Shown: one piece after another, positions 8,633-18,215 of the stretch | Position numbering within the stretch: the first letter of the stretch is position 1 | Layout: each line of letters starts with the position of its first letter | Assembly: GCA_964394405.1 (NCBI GenBank) | Contig: CAYMVY010000003.1 | Location: 29,224 to 93,223, forward strand | Source: an uncultured Gammaproteobacteria bacterium | GTDB lineage: Bacteria; Patescibacteriota; Patescibacteriia; Magasanikbacterales; UBA922 | DNA length: 64,000 nucleotides | Reading direction: 5' to 3' | The notes under the pieces: model-generated | Database searches by the model: none | What the model was told of the DNA's origin: nothing | What the model saw: only the letters and a program-made list of their open reading frames with translations | Position numbers and translations under genes: made by a program

Positions 8633-10909
8633 TTATAGTTTGAATCGGTAAATTATTGTTCCATCGAGCACGTATGCTTCTTTTTCATCAGCGCTAATTA
8701 TTAGTCCCACGGGATTGGTCCATTCATCAGCTGTAAATTGTTTTTTGAAATTACCGTCTTTATCTACGACAACAATTCGTTTTCGGGAAGGTTCCAGGAT
8801 GTAGAGATTATTAAATTCACTACTGGTCTCAATAATGGTAGGAGAGTCAAGTGCTGGGTCAAGTCCTTTTACTTCAAAAGGCTGTTCATCACCCGCCATT
8901 AGTTTTACGATCTTTCCTTTCGCGGTTAATACATAGAGGTCGCCATCGATTCCAAAGGAGATTGCATCTTTTAGTATGTTTGGGTCTGAGAGAGTTTTGG
9001 TCCATATACTCCCATTATCATATCCAATTTGTGTAGGATTGTGGCGATAGATTACCCCATGCGTTGCGTCAAGCGCGTACAGACGAGCATTGTAGAGTGC
9101 TATATCAGTGAGCAATACATCTTGGTTTGGATATCCAATAGTTTTTGACACCATGCTAGCTGATGTAGTGTCGTATGCTACGATTGAGTTTCTTCCTGAT
9201 ATAAACGCAACTTGCAGACCATCTTTCGCAGTGTATCCATCTGCGAGTTCGCGTGCTGTTTCTACACTTTTTCTTTCTACTGTTCCGGTGAGTGTTGAAA
9301 TAAGGTATAGAGAGGTGTCATTTTTTCCTGTTGCAATAATTTTGTCTCCTACAACCACTAGTGAGTCAGGAGTTGCCTCAGCGTGAGTGTCTTGTATATT
9401 CGTAATTTTTTCGGGAATAATTTTGGTAATTTTTTGTACTTTAAGCAGGAGTTGATCTAGCTCTGACTGTAGATCGTTTGCATGGGTTTGTTTCTCTGGA
9501 GTATTGTGAGCTAGGGAAATCAAGAGATTTTCAGCTTCACGTACTGCGGTGAGTGCTTTGATATTCTCTCCATATAGGACATATTTTTCAGCATCTTTTA
9601 GTTTTTCATCAACTTTTTTGATTTCTGTCTGATACGCCGCCTCAATAGCTGCTTCTTTGGCTTTTTCTTTGGTGTATATAATGCTTCCGCTGAGAATTGC
9701 GATACCCGCAATTATAATAATTAACAGTATTTTTCCAAAAATTCCCAGACTGGAAATCCTTTCTATTATTCGATTAATTGAAGACTTGTATTGTTCTATT
9801 AATACTTTTCGATTGCCATTGTAATTAGTGGTAAGTGACCAGATGACTGCAATCAATTTTCCTAATCCAATTAGGATATTCTTAACGACATAGAATAATG
9901 CCTTTGAAATCCACACTAGTGTTTTACCTAAAATAATGAGTAGTGAATTAGCACTCGCATCATCTGCGTATTCAGGTTTTTTTCTTTTTCTATATTTTCC
10001 AGGACTTGTCTCTCTAATTTTTGACTGTATTTTTACGTCGTCTGCATCATCCATTGTTTCATTTTTTCTTTTCATGGTTCCTGTAAGTGATCGGGCTAAT
10101 TGCGAAAATACTTTGGGAGAAAGAGTGTCTTCGGTAGATCTGGTAGTATCAATTAATTTGTCCATTGATGCCTCTGAGCCAACCATGGGTCTATATACTG
10201 GTTTCTCACGTTTTACAGTCTCAATTACCTCTGTACCAGTTACCACCAGTCCACCAAATGAGTATTCAGAGGAAATTCCTTCCAATGTTTTTTGAATTTG
10301 ATGTGCTGAGTTTTTCGCAGGCTTACCCACAATCATTTTTGCAATTCGATCTGAGGAGAAATATTTTATTATGTGTGGGGTTGATAAATATACTGCTTCA
10401 TCAAGCGCAAAATTTCCTTCAATGACTGATGAGAAGAACATGGAAGTCGGGTAGGATACTTCATCAACGATCGGAGTAAACGATGGGCCTTCCGAGCTTG
10501 TATATGCGAGTAGTGCTAATATGTCACCGCGATACGCAAATGATAGTTTGTTTCCACTGATAACACCTACTGCAATATGCATTTTTTGGCTGTGTACGTC
10601 TTCGAGTAATATCTTTGCTCTTCGATTGAGTTTTTCAATTACCGATCCAAAATGCGCTGCTTCAGGATCATCTGTTTCCCTGGTCTCTCCATCATATCCG
10701 CCATAGTAGAGAGTCTCGCCGTCCTTTATTAATTCTTCAATTATTGAGAGTATTTTTGTCTCTGGGTGATCAAGTTCTGCGAGAACAAAAAAATATCCCT
10801 GATTCTCTCCCTCAGGTTTTCCTGGTGAGGCAATGTGGAGAAGCACGTGGGATAGGTGGGGATTTTTGCCTTCAACAAAGAATTCGTACACTTCGCTTTT
10901 GATTTCCAT
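8633..10909 (-). CDS. 758-aa membrane protein. It has an N-terminal cytoplasmic domain (weakly PP2C-like), 2-3 TM helices, a coiled coil and a C-terminal beta-propeller-like repeat domain.
   Basis: Hydrophobic segments LLIILGKTLVWISKALFYVV.. and ILLIIIIAGIAILSGSIIY. C-terminal repeats (..YALDATHGVIYRH, ..DLYVLTAKGKIVKL, ..NLYILEPSRKRIVVVD, ..EAYVLDGTIIYRFKL). Confidence 0.6.
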   Translation of the reverse strand: MEIKSEVYEFFVEGKNPHLSHVLLHIASPGKPEGENQGYFFVLAELDHPETKILSIIEELIKDGETLYYGGYDGETRETDDPEAAHFGSVIEKLNRRAKILLEDVHSQKMHIAVGVISGNKLSFAYRGDILALLAYTSSEGPSFTPIVDEVSYPTSMFFSSVIEGNFALDEAVYLSTPHIIKYFSSDRIAKMIVGKPAKNSAHQIQKTLEGISSEYSFGGLVVTGTEVIETVKREKPVYRPMVGSEASMDKLIDTTRSTEDTLSPKVFSQLARSLTGTMKRKNETMDDADDVKIQSKIRETSPGKYRKRKKPEYADDASANSLLIILGKTLVWISKALFYVVKNILIGLGKLIAVIWSLTTNYNGNRKVLIEQYKSSINRIIERISSLGIFGKILLIIIIAGIAILSGSIIYTKEKAKEAAIEAAYQTEIKKVDEKLKDAEKYVLYGENIKALTAVREAENLLISLAHNTPEKQTHANDLQSELDQLLLKVQKITKIIPEKITNIQDTHAEATPDSLVVVGDKIIATGKNDTSLYLISTLTGTVERKSVETARELADGYTAKDGLQVAFISGRNSIVAYDTTSASMVSKTIGYPNQDVLLTDIALYNARLYALDATHGVIYRHNPTQIGYDNGSIWTKTLSDPNILKDAISFGIDGDLYVLTAKGKIVKLMAGDEQPFEVKGLDPALDSPTIIETSSEFNNLYILEPSRKRIVVVDKDGNFKKQFTADEWTNPVGLIISADEKEAYVLDGTIIYRFKL

Positions 10910-10914
10910 ACGCT

Positions 10915-10944
10915 TTTGACACTAGGGCATATAGGATAGTATAC
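10915..10944 (+). promoter_or_regulatory. Promoter TTGACA-18-TATACT for the wHTH regulator gene (divergent region)
   Basis: ttgacactagggcatataggatagtatact. Confidence 0.4.
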
Positions 10945-11002
10945 TATACCTACATACTGACCCGCAATGCCGGTCTATATCCCTTAATTGTGTAGTGTAT
11001 CT

Positions 11003-11602
11003 ATGCTCGAACACCTATTTGGCTCAAAGACTAGAGTAAAGGTTCTTAAATTATTGTACCGAAGACCAGATCGGGCTTTTTTTGTTCGGGAGTTATCTCG
11101 AGAAATCGGGGTACAAATTAATGCAGTACGAAGAGAACTGGATCTGTTGCGAGAGCTTGGAATTATTAATGAGAAGGTAGATGCCAAACCAACTGATGTT
11201 GAAAAGGCAGGGGTTACTCTTCGAAAATATTATCAACTTAACCCTGAGTCATTATTGTATTCAGAATTACAAGCTCTATTGACCAAAGAGACTATTATTG
11301 AACAAAAACAGTTCATTAATGATCTTTCTACCAAAATTGGAGACATTACATTGTTAATTTTGACTGGAGCTTTTACTCATGATGTTAAAGTGGAGACTGA
11401 TTTGCTTATCGTTGGGGCGGTAAAACTTCGTGCGCTTACCAAACTGCTTGATCAATACCAAAAGGAGTTGGGTTTTGATATTCGCTATACACTCATGTCT
11501 GAAGATGAATTTAGTGATCGGCGATATGTCATGGACAAGTTTTTATTTTCTATTTTTGAAGCTGAACATATCAAAGTTATCGATCATCTCAGTCAGTCGT
11601 GA
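11003..11602 (+). CDS. Winged-helix (ArsR/MarR-like) DNA-binding protein with a C-terminal domain of unknown function
   Basis: N-terminal LFGSKTRVKVLKLLYRRPDRAFFVRELSREIGVQINAVRRELDLLRELGII is wHTH-like. The ATG at 11003 lies inside a TTG-initiated ORF. Confidence 0.5.
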   Translation: MLEHLFGSKTRVKVLKLLYRRPDRAFFVRELSREIGVQINAVRRELDLLRELGIINEKVDAKPTDVEKAGVTLRKYYQLNPESLLYSELQALLTKETIIEQKQFINDLSTKIGDITLLILTGAFTHDVKVETDLLIVGAVKLRALTKLLDQYQKELGFDIRYTLMSEDEFSDRRYVMDKFLFSIFEAEHIKVIDHLSQS

Positions 11603-11617
11603 TTGTGTGTATTCTCT

Positions 11618-12001
11618 ATGTACCTCTTTATCGATCCTTCTCACCACGACTCTATACGTCTAGTTGTGCTGTATTCTACTCACGAGAAAGAATATCAGGT
11701 TGTTGGAAAAAATAGGGAATTGCTGATACATATCATGAGCACCCTAGATCAGGAACAATTGTCTTTATCTGATGTCGAGGGGGTGGCAATACGTATGGGG
11801 GTGGGCGGTTTTTCGAGTACGCGCATTGCCAGCGTGGTTGGCAATTCTCTTTCTTTTGCCTTACATATTCCTGTTGTTGGAGTCAATTTAGACCACCCCT
11901 CTTTTGGGGCTCTGACCACTCTTTTTTCCTCCGCAAAACTCGGAGTCTATCTTAGTCCGACGTATAGTAGCGAGCCTACAATAGGTACGAATACTTCTTA
12001 A
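11618..12001 (+). CDS. tsaB: TsaB-like (inactive Kae1/YeaZ homologue), short form
   Basis: MYLFIDPSHHDSIRLVVL.. and GVAIRMGVGGFSSTRIASVVGNSLSFALHIPVVGVN match the TsaB N-terminal ASKHA core. The gene overlaps the upstream stop. Confidence 0.5.
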   Translation: MYLFIDPSHHDSIRLVVLYSTHEKEYQVVGKNRELLIHIMSTLDQEQLSLSDVEGVAIRMGVGGFSSTRIASVVGNSLSFALHIPVVGVNLDHPSFGALTTLFSSAKLGVYLSPTYSSEPTIGTNTS

Positions 12002-12006
12002 ACTTT

Positions 12007-13491
12007 ATGCTCTCTGATTATCATCGGTATCGTCTCTATGAAATACTCCCTGGCCTCACTGTTTGGGGTACTTTGATATTGGCAATTGTACTTTCGTTTT
12101 TTTATCCTCTACCCATGATTTATTTCATTATTATTTTTGACATATATTGGGTACTCAAAGTTTTTAATTTTGCATTTTATTTGATTTTGTCGTGGAGTCG
12201 ATTTAGAAGGGCTCAGAGAATTGATTGGAGAGACGCATTACGGCATGATTTACCGCAAGCTTCAGGTAAGCACCATGTAGTTTTTTTGACGATTTTAAAT
12301 GAAACGTGGGACGTGGTTGAGGGGGCGGTCGCAAGTGTTGCGCGTGCGGTCTATAATCAACACAATTTTACTATTGTCATTGCTGGCGAACAACGTCAAG
12401 AGAAGCATTGCCGTGATATTTTTGAAAAGATACAAGAAAAATTTTCAGACAATTTTGATAATATCCTGTTCACGCTCCATCCGAGTTCTCTACCTCATGA
12501 GATTCCAGGTAAGGGTTCAAATTTGCATTATGCAGAGAGGGAAGTAAAAAAATATATCGATGTAAAGGGTTGGAATTATGATGATGTGATTGTGACCGTG
12601 TTTGATATCGATACAGTGTGTCATTCTCAGTATTTTGCCTATTTAACTTATGTGTACTGTACCCATCCAAATCCAACGAGGAGTTCCTATCAACCAATTG
12701 CTCTCTATAATAACAACATGTGGGAGTCGCCCGCAGTTCTCCGTATTATGGCGTTTGGTACCACATTTTGGATGATGATGTCTCTAGCTCGCCAGGATTC
12801 TCTGGTGACTTTCTCCTCACATTCTATGAGTTTTCGCGCATTGGTTGATGCTGGGTATCACGATAAGCGTATTGTAAGTGAAGATTCACGCATCTTTTAC
12901 CAGTGTCTGCTTGCCTACAATGGTAAGTATGAGGTGACCCCTCTGTATATCCCTGTGTCCATGGATACTGTGCGCGATGATTCGTGGTTGCAGAGTATTA
13001 AAAATTTGTATCGTCAACAGCGCAGATGGGCGTGGGGAGTTGAACATGTACCCTATCTTTTGTGGGAATTTCGGAAGAAGGGAAAATTAATACCCTGGTT
13101 TACTAAATTTAAATGGGTTTTTATTGAGTGGGAGGGGAAATGGTCGTGGTGCCTTGCCGCTATTATCATTACCATTCTTGGACGATTTCCTTTGTGGGTT
13201 GCTAGTCCGAGTATTCGCCAGAGCGCACTTTATTTTAACGCACCACATCTTCTGGAAATTCTTATGACATTTGCTATGGGAGGTTTAATTCTTTCTGCAA
13301 TACTTAGTTTTCCATTATTACCACCTCGTCCGCATTCTCGTCCCAAACATCAATATTTTTTTATGTTGCTACAGTGGATTCTGTTGCCTATTTCTATGAT
13401 TTTTGTTGCAGCAATTCCTGGTATTGATGCGGTGACCCATCTTATGAGAGGAAAATATCTGGGATTTAATATTTCTCAAAAAAAACGTTAA
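12007..13491 (+). CDS. Membrane-embedded processive family-2 glycosyltransferase (cellulose/hyaluronan-synthase-like)
   Basis: D..DxD (VFDIDT), ED (SEDSRIF) and QxxRW (QQRRWAWG) motifs in order. Multiple TM helices at both ends. Confidence 0.75.
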   Translation: MLSDYHRYRLYEILPGLTVWGTLILAIVLSFFYPLPMIYFIIIFDIYWVLKVFNFAFYLILSWSRFRRAQRIDWRDALRHDLPQASGKHHVVFLTILNETWDVVEGAVASVARAVYNQHNFTIVIAGEQRQEKHCRDIFEKIQEKFSDNFDNILFTLHPSSLPHEIPGKGSNLHYAEREVKKYIDVKGWNYDDVIVTVFDIDTVCHSQYFAYLTYVYCTHPNPTRSSYQPIALYNNNMWESPAVLRIMAFGTTFWMMMSLARQDSLVTFSSHSMSFRALVDAGYHDKRIVSEDSRIFYQCLLAYNGKYEVTPLYIPVSMDTVRDDSWLQSIKNLYRQQRRWAWGVEHVPYLLWEFRKKGKLIPWFTKFKWVFIEWEGKWSWCLAAIIITILGRFPLWVASPSIRQSALYFNAPHLLEILMTFAMGGLILSAILSFPLLPPRPHSRPKHQYFFMLLQWILLPISMIFVAAIPGIDAVTHLMRGKYLGFNISQKKR

Positions 13492-13495
13492 CTGT

Positions 13496-14989
13496 ATGCA
13501 TATTCAGCCGTCGCATCTCATAAAAAAAAGAAGGAAGTGGCCGTACATAGTACTCGGGATCGTATTAATTTTTGTGTTATTTGTGGGGGGTGCATATTAT
13601 GCATTGCGTCATATTGGTATTGAAGGAATATTGTCTTCGCGTTTTTTACAAAATCAGATTACTGAACGGGTAGGGGAAATTGAGGGTGATATCTTTTCGC
13701 TTTTGCCAGCAGCATTGGGTTTTCAGGAACCACAGACTTATTTAGTATTATTTTTGAATAATACTGAGCTACGTCCGGGGGGTGGTTTTATCGGTGTGTA
13801 TGCAACTGTGCGACTTGACCGAGGGAATGTTGAAGTTCTTGCCGTAGAGGGTACCGAGCTCTTGGATAATCGATCTTCCAAAGATGCTATCCCTACCCCT
13901 CCAACACCGTTGTCTACCTATTTGAAGGTTGATGGATGGTATTTTCGTGATAGTAATTGGTCACCTGATTTTGGCGAGAGCGCAAAACGTTCGCTTGAGC
14001 TCTATCGCAGAGAAGCGGGTATTGCAGCCGATGATATTGATGCGGTGATTGGTATTACTCCGACTGTACTAGAAAGGCTTATGGAACGTACCGGCCCGCT
14101 TGTGGTAGATGGGATAACTTTTACCCCAGAAAATGTAGTTGAAGAATTGGAGCATGAGGTTGAGTATAATTTTTATCATCGAGGAATCGCGCGGGCTGAT
14201 CGTAAAGATATCATTGAATCTTTTATGCATATTATTCTTGATGAACTCAAAAGTGATATTTTTTTGCATCCAACCCAGTATAAAACTCTTGCTGAAACAC
14301 TGGTAAAAGAAAAACATATTATTGCATATGCCCTTGATTCTCAGGTTCAAGATACATTACGCGCGCATTTTGCAGATGGTGCAGTTCGTGAAACCATGGG
14401 TGATTATTTGATGTGGGTTGATGCAAATTTGGGTGCACTTAAAACTGATCATGCGATTGATCGGACTATATCTTATCAGATTCGACCTCGTGTTGATGGG
14501 GTAGGAAAAAAGTATTATGAGGCTACGGTTACTACAGAATATGCACATACACATAATTTTGATTGGAGGACATCTCGTTATTTGACGTACGCTCGTCTCT
14601 ACGTTCCTCGAGGAAGTGTCTTTGTTTCTGGTGTTTCACAAGTTGGTGATGTTCGAAAAGACATTGGTGCAATTGATCGTGGTAATGAGCTCGGAAAAGA
14701 ATGGTATGGAACTTTTATTTCTGTTGAACCACTTACTACTAAAAAAGTTTCATTAGTGTATATGCTCCCTGATTCTGTTACCGCACAGATTGATGCAGGG
14801 CTATATACTCTATTGGTTCAAAAACAACTTGGTTTGGTGGGTGCACGATTGACGCTTGACCTTGATTTTGATACAACTATTCAATCAGCTTCACCTTCGG
14901 AATTAGAGAGTGACTGGGGAAATGATACCTACACGATTAAAATGCCGTTTGAGAGTGATCACACATTTGAAGTAACTATAGGTAAGTAA
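13496..14989 (+). CDS. DUF4012-family membrane-anchored protein (cell-surface polymer associated)
   Basis: N-terminal TM followed by the YLVLFLNNTELRPGGGFIGVYATV block characteristic of DUF4012. Confidence 0.55.
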   Translation: MHIQPSHLIKKRRKWPYIVLGIVLIFVLFVGGAYYALRHIGIEGILSSRFLQNQITERVGEIEGDIFSLLPAALGFQEPQTYLVLFLNNTELRPGGGFIGVYATVRLDRGNVEVLAVEGTELLDNRSSKDAIPTPPTPLSTYLKVDGWYFRDSNWSPDFGESAKRSLELYRREAGIAADDIDAVIGITPTVLERLMERTGPLVVDGITFTPENVVEELEHEVEYNFYHRGIARADRKDIIESFMHIILDELKSDIFLHPTQYKTLAETLVKEKHIIAYALDSQVQDTLRAHFADGAVRETMGDYLMWVDANLGALKTDHAIDRTISYQIRPRVDGVGKKYYEATVTTEYAHTHNFDWRTSRYLTYARLYVPRGSVFVSGVSQVGDVRKDIGAIDRGNELGKEWYGTFISVEPLTTKKVSLVYMLPDSVTAQIDAGLYTLLVQKQLGLVGARLTLDLDFDTTIQSASPSELESDWGNDTYTIKMPFESDHTFEVTIGK

Positions 14990-15000
14990 GAAATTATTGT

Positions 15001-16002
15001 ATGAGAAAAGTCGGAATCGACCTCGGAACAACGAATATACTTGTCTATATCCCCAAACGGGGGATTGTGGTTAATGAACCATCTGTTGTTGCTATTTCAA
15101 AAGAAGATAAGAAAGTTCTTGCAGTGGGTATCGAAGCAAAAGAAATGATTGGGAGAACTCCTGATACAATTATTGCCGAGCGTCCTCTCAAAGATGGGGT
15201 TATTGCGAGTTATAAAACGACTGAAGCAATGCTTCGATATTTTATCAACAAAGCTCTTGGAGGAGTGCGTTTGTTTCGTCCTGAAGTCATGGTTGCTGTT
15301 CCTGCAGGTATTACTTCTACTGAGCGTCGAGCGGTAATTGACGCAGCTATGGCAGCTGGCGCAAAAGCAGCTTATATTATCAAAGAACCGATTGTGGCAG
15401 CGATTGGAGCAGATATACCGATTGGCTCAGCTTCGGGGCATATGATTGTAGATATTGGGGGAGGAACTGCAGAAATTGCAGTTATTTCTCTTGGAGGAAT
15501 TGTGTCTGTTGGATCAGTCCGTATCGGAGGAAATCGTTTTGATCAGTCAATTGCTGAATTTATTCGAAGGAAATATGGGCTCGCTATTGGAGAACAGAGT
15601 GCTGAAGAGGTAAAAATTCAGATTGGCAGCGCTATGTTTATGGATTCTCCTCTTACGATGGATGTCAAAGGTCGCGATATGGTGACTGGACTACCACGTA
15701 CGGTTACGGTTACCTCAGATGATACCACTGAAGCTTTGCAACATGACCTGGAGGGTTTGATTGAGTCGATTAAGGAGGTATTAAACCGCACACCTCCTGA
15801 GCTTTCTGCTGATGTTATGAATAAGGGTATTATTATGTCCGGAGGATCAAGTTTACTTCGGAATCTTGATGAGCTTATTGCTCAGGCAATTGGGGTTGCT
15901 GCGTATGTAGCTGAAGAGCCATTACTTTGTGTTGCAAAGGGAACGGGAATTGCACTTGAGAATTTGGATAATTATAAGAGATCTATAGTTTCAACAAGAT
16001 AA
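15001..16002 (+). CDS. mreB: Rod shape-determining protein MreB
   Basis: MRKVGIDLGTTNILVYI..NEPSVVAI..DIGGGTAEIAVISLGG: actin-like ATPase motifs. Confidence 0.9.
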   Translation: MRKVGIDLGTTNILVYIPKRGIVVNEPSVVAISKEDKKVLAVGIEAKEMIGRTPDTIIAERPLKDGVIASYKTTEAMLRYFINKALGGVRLFRPEVMVAVPAGITSTERRAVIDAAMAAGAKAAYIIKEPIVAAIGADIPIGSASGHMIVDIGGGTAEIAVISLGGIVSVGSVRIGGNRFDQSIAEFIRRKYGLAIGEQSAEEVKIQIGSAMFMDSPLTMDVKGRDMVTGLPRTVTVTSDDTTEALQHDLEGLIESIKEVLNRTPPELSADVMNKGIIMSGGSSLLRNLDELIAQAIGVAAYVAEEPLLCVAKGTGIALENLDNYKRSIVSTR

Positions 16003-16010
16003 GTACGTAA

Positions 16011-16106
16011 AATTATTCTAATTATACTAATTAGCCTAATTACTCTAAAAAATTAAATTCATTATTATTTAGGTTAATTATAATAATTAGAGTACTTAGA
16101 ATAATT
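16011..16106. repeat. Intergenic AT-rich element with ~22-bp terminal inverted repeats (family A, copy 1)
   Basis: aattattctaattatactaatt ... aattagagtacttagaataatt. Ends are reverse complements. The same element recurs at 31488-31598. Confidence 0.6.
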
Positions 16107-16112
16107 TTTATT

Positions 16113-17261
16113 ATGATTATTGGAATTGATGCATCATTAGCTTGTAGAGAGGAGCGTACGGGTGTTGAATCGTATGCTTTTTATATTATTTCACATCTTG
16201 CATCAGTTATTCCACCAGATGTTGAGGTGCGATTATACAGCGATCGGGCATTTCCTCAAGATTTTATACAACATATTCCGCAACATTGGAAACAAATTAT
16301 TTTATCATGGCCACCTCGATTTTTGTGGACACAGGTACGACTTAGTTTTGAATTATTATTACATCCCCCAGATATTTTTTTTACCCCCGGGCATGTAGAG
16401 CCTATCCTACATCCGGAGTGTACGGTAATGATGGTACATGATGTGGCTGCTTGGCGTATTCCTCGAGCATATTCGTGGTTTAATCGCGTCTATACTCTTC
16501 AGAAAACGCTTAATGCATATGCGACCAATCCAATCATGCTGGTTCCAACTGTTTTTACTAAAGAAGAATTAGAAAAATTAGCTCAAGAAAGAAATGTACA
16601 TAAAAAAACAGAAGTTGTGGTAGTACCTCACGGCTTTATTCCTTTTGCTGACAGTACTAGAGAATATTCAGACATTCTCAAAAAATTTTCTTTGAGTCCA
16701 TCTCAACACTATATACTTTCTATTGGTCGGGTAGAGTACAAAAAAAATATTGATACAATTATCCGTGCGTTTGAGCAATTAAAAAATTCCAGCCCTGCAT
16801 TTGGAAAATTGAAATTGGTTTTGGCAGGAAAACCGGGATATGGGTATGAACCTATTCAGAAAATGATTGAAAATAGTAGGTACAAGGATTACATTATACA
16901 AACAGGCTGGGTAACAGAAGTTGAGCGGTTTGCATTGCTCAAACATGCCCAATCACTTATATTTGTGAGTCGTTATGAAGGATTTGGTTTTCCTGTGCTC
17001 GAAGCTCTCTCTCTTGGGATTCCAGTGATTGCATCAAAAGGGTTGGGTTTGGAGGAAGTTGGTGGGGGACTCTGTACTTTTGTATCATCTGACGATGAAG
17101 GAGAGATTATGAATGCAATAGGGGCGTGTGCACACATGGATACTGCTGCTCGTGAGGTCCTGCAAAAAGAGGGACAACATCATGTCCATATGTTTTCTTG
17201 GTCTACAAGCGCTACATTAACCTACAACGCTCTGGTGAGAGCATATCAAAAATTGCAGTAA
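16113..17261 (+). CDS. Glycosyltransferase family 4 (GT-B fold)
   Basis: C-terminal VSRYEGFGFPVLEALSLGIPVIASK is the GT4 EX7E-type motif. Confidence 0.8.
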   Translation: MIIGIDASLACREERTGVESYAFYIISHLASVIPPDVEVRLYSDRAFPQDFIQHIPQHWKQIILSWPPRFLWTQVRLSFELLLHPPDIFFTPGHVEPILHPECTVMMVHDVAAWRIPRAYSWFNRVYTLQKTLNAYATNPIMLVPTVFTKEELEKLAQERNVHKKTEVVVVPHGFIPFADSTREYSDILKKFSLSPSQHYILSIGRVEYKKNIDTIIRAFEQLKNSSPAFGKLKLVLAGKPGYGYEPIQKMIENSRYKDYIIQTGWVTEVERFALLKHAQSLIFVSRYEGFGFPVLEALSLGIPVIASKGLGLEEVGGGLCTFVSSDDEGEIMNAIGACAHMDTAAREVLQKEGQHHVHMFSWSTSATLTYNALVRAYQKLQ

Positions 17262-17291
17262 AAGGAGGGGGTATGATATGATTGGTGCCAT

Positions 17292-18206
17292 ATGGTACCA
17301 AGCTTTGGTCATGAGCCGATAATTTCTTTTTTTGAGCGCTGTATTGAGAATAGGACATTGCATCACGCGTATGCTTTTTTTGGCCCTACTCATGTAGGGA
17401 AGCGGACAGTTGCTGAGGAAATCTCACGCACACTTCTTCGTATTCCTATGGCTGGTGCTTTAGTCCATCCAGATTTAATTGTGATTGAGCGGGAAATTGA
17501 TGAAAAAACAGGGTTACGAAAAAAAGATATTAGCGTGACACAGATTCGAGATTTGATCCATCGACTACATCAAAGTTCATTTGAAAAAGATGGTTATACT
17601 ATTGCAATTATTGACGGGGCAGAGTATCTCAATCCTGCAGGCGCGAATGCACTTCTTAAAACTCTTGAGGAGCCACGTTCTCGAACAGTTATATTTCTTA
17701 TTACTCAAGATGAGTCACTACTTCTCCCGACTATTCGTTCGCGTGTGCAGTCACTATATTTTTCTCTTGTTTCTCAAGAAAAAATTTTACTGCATTTAGA
17801 GAAGTGTGGTGTAGATAGTGCGCAAGCACAGATATTTTCGAAAGAATCGCATGGGTTACCTGGGTATGCGTGTACTTGGGCAATGCAACCCGGGCTTTAT
17901 GATATCTATCGTTCTGAAAAAGAGAGGTGTCTTTCTCTTACTAATTTTCAATTTCACGAGAAAATACAACGCATTGAAGATTTATTTGAGGACACTGATG
18001 ATCATGTTGAGGTCCGTACAAAAATTATCGAAACTTTGAGAGTGTGGACCATCGCATTACGTGATAGTATGATTGAATCTGAAAATCTCAGAACTCGCAT
18101 TTTTCCAGTATTGGATAGCATTCGCGAAGCTGAGAGAGAACTTAAACGAAATGTACACCCCCGATTAATCCTCGAGCATATTATGCTCGCTTTACCACAT
18201 ATTTAA
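17292..18206 (+). CDS. holB: DNA polymerase III delta' subunit
   Basis: FFGPTHVGKRTVA (P-loop-like), ..IIDGAEYLNPAGANALLKTLEEP.., SRVQSL (SRC motif). Confidence 0.8.
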   Translation: MVPSFGHEPIISFFERCIENRTLHHAYAFFGPTHVGKRTVAEEISRTLLRIPMAGALVHPDLIVIEREIDEKTGLRKKDISVTQIRDLIHRLHQSSFEKDGYTIAIIDGAEYLNPAGANALLKTLEEPRSRTVIFLITQDESLLLPTIRSRVQSLYFSLVSQEKILLHLEKCGVDSAQAQIFSKESHGLPGYACTWAMQPGLYDIYRSEKERCLSLTNFQFHEKIQRIEDLFEDTDDHVEVRTKIIETLRVWTIALRDSMIESENLRTRIFPVLDSIREAERELKRNVHPRLILEHIMLALPHI

Positions 18207-18215
18207 TTTATCTGT

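Noticed and set aside
17273-17322. 14-aa upstream ORF (MIGAIWYQALVMSR), 9 nt after the only strong SD (AAGGAGGGGG) before holB
   Set aside because: It could reflect translational coupling or simply an SD placed ~20 nt before the holB ATG. It is too short and unconserved to call from sequence alone.
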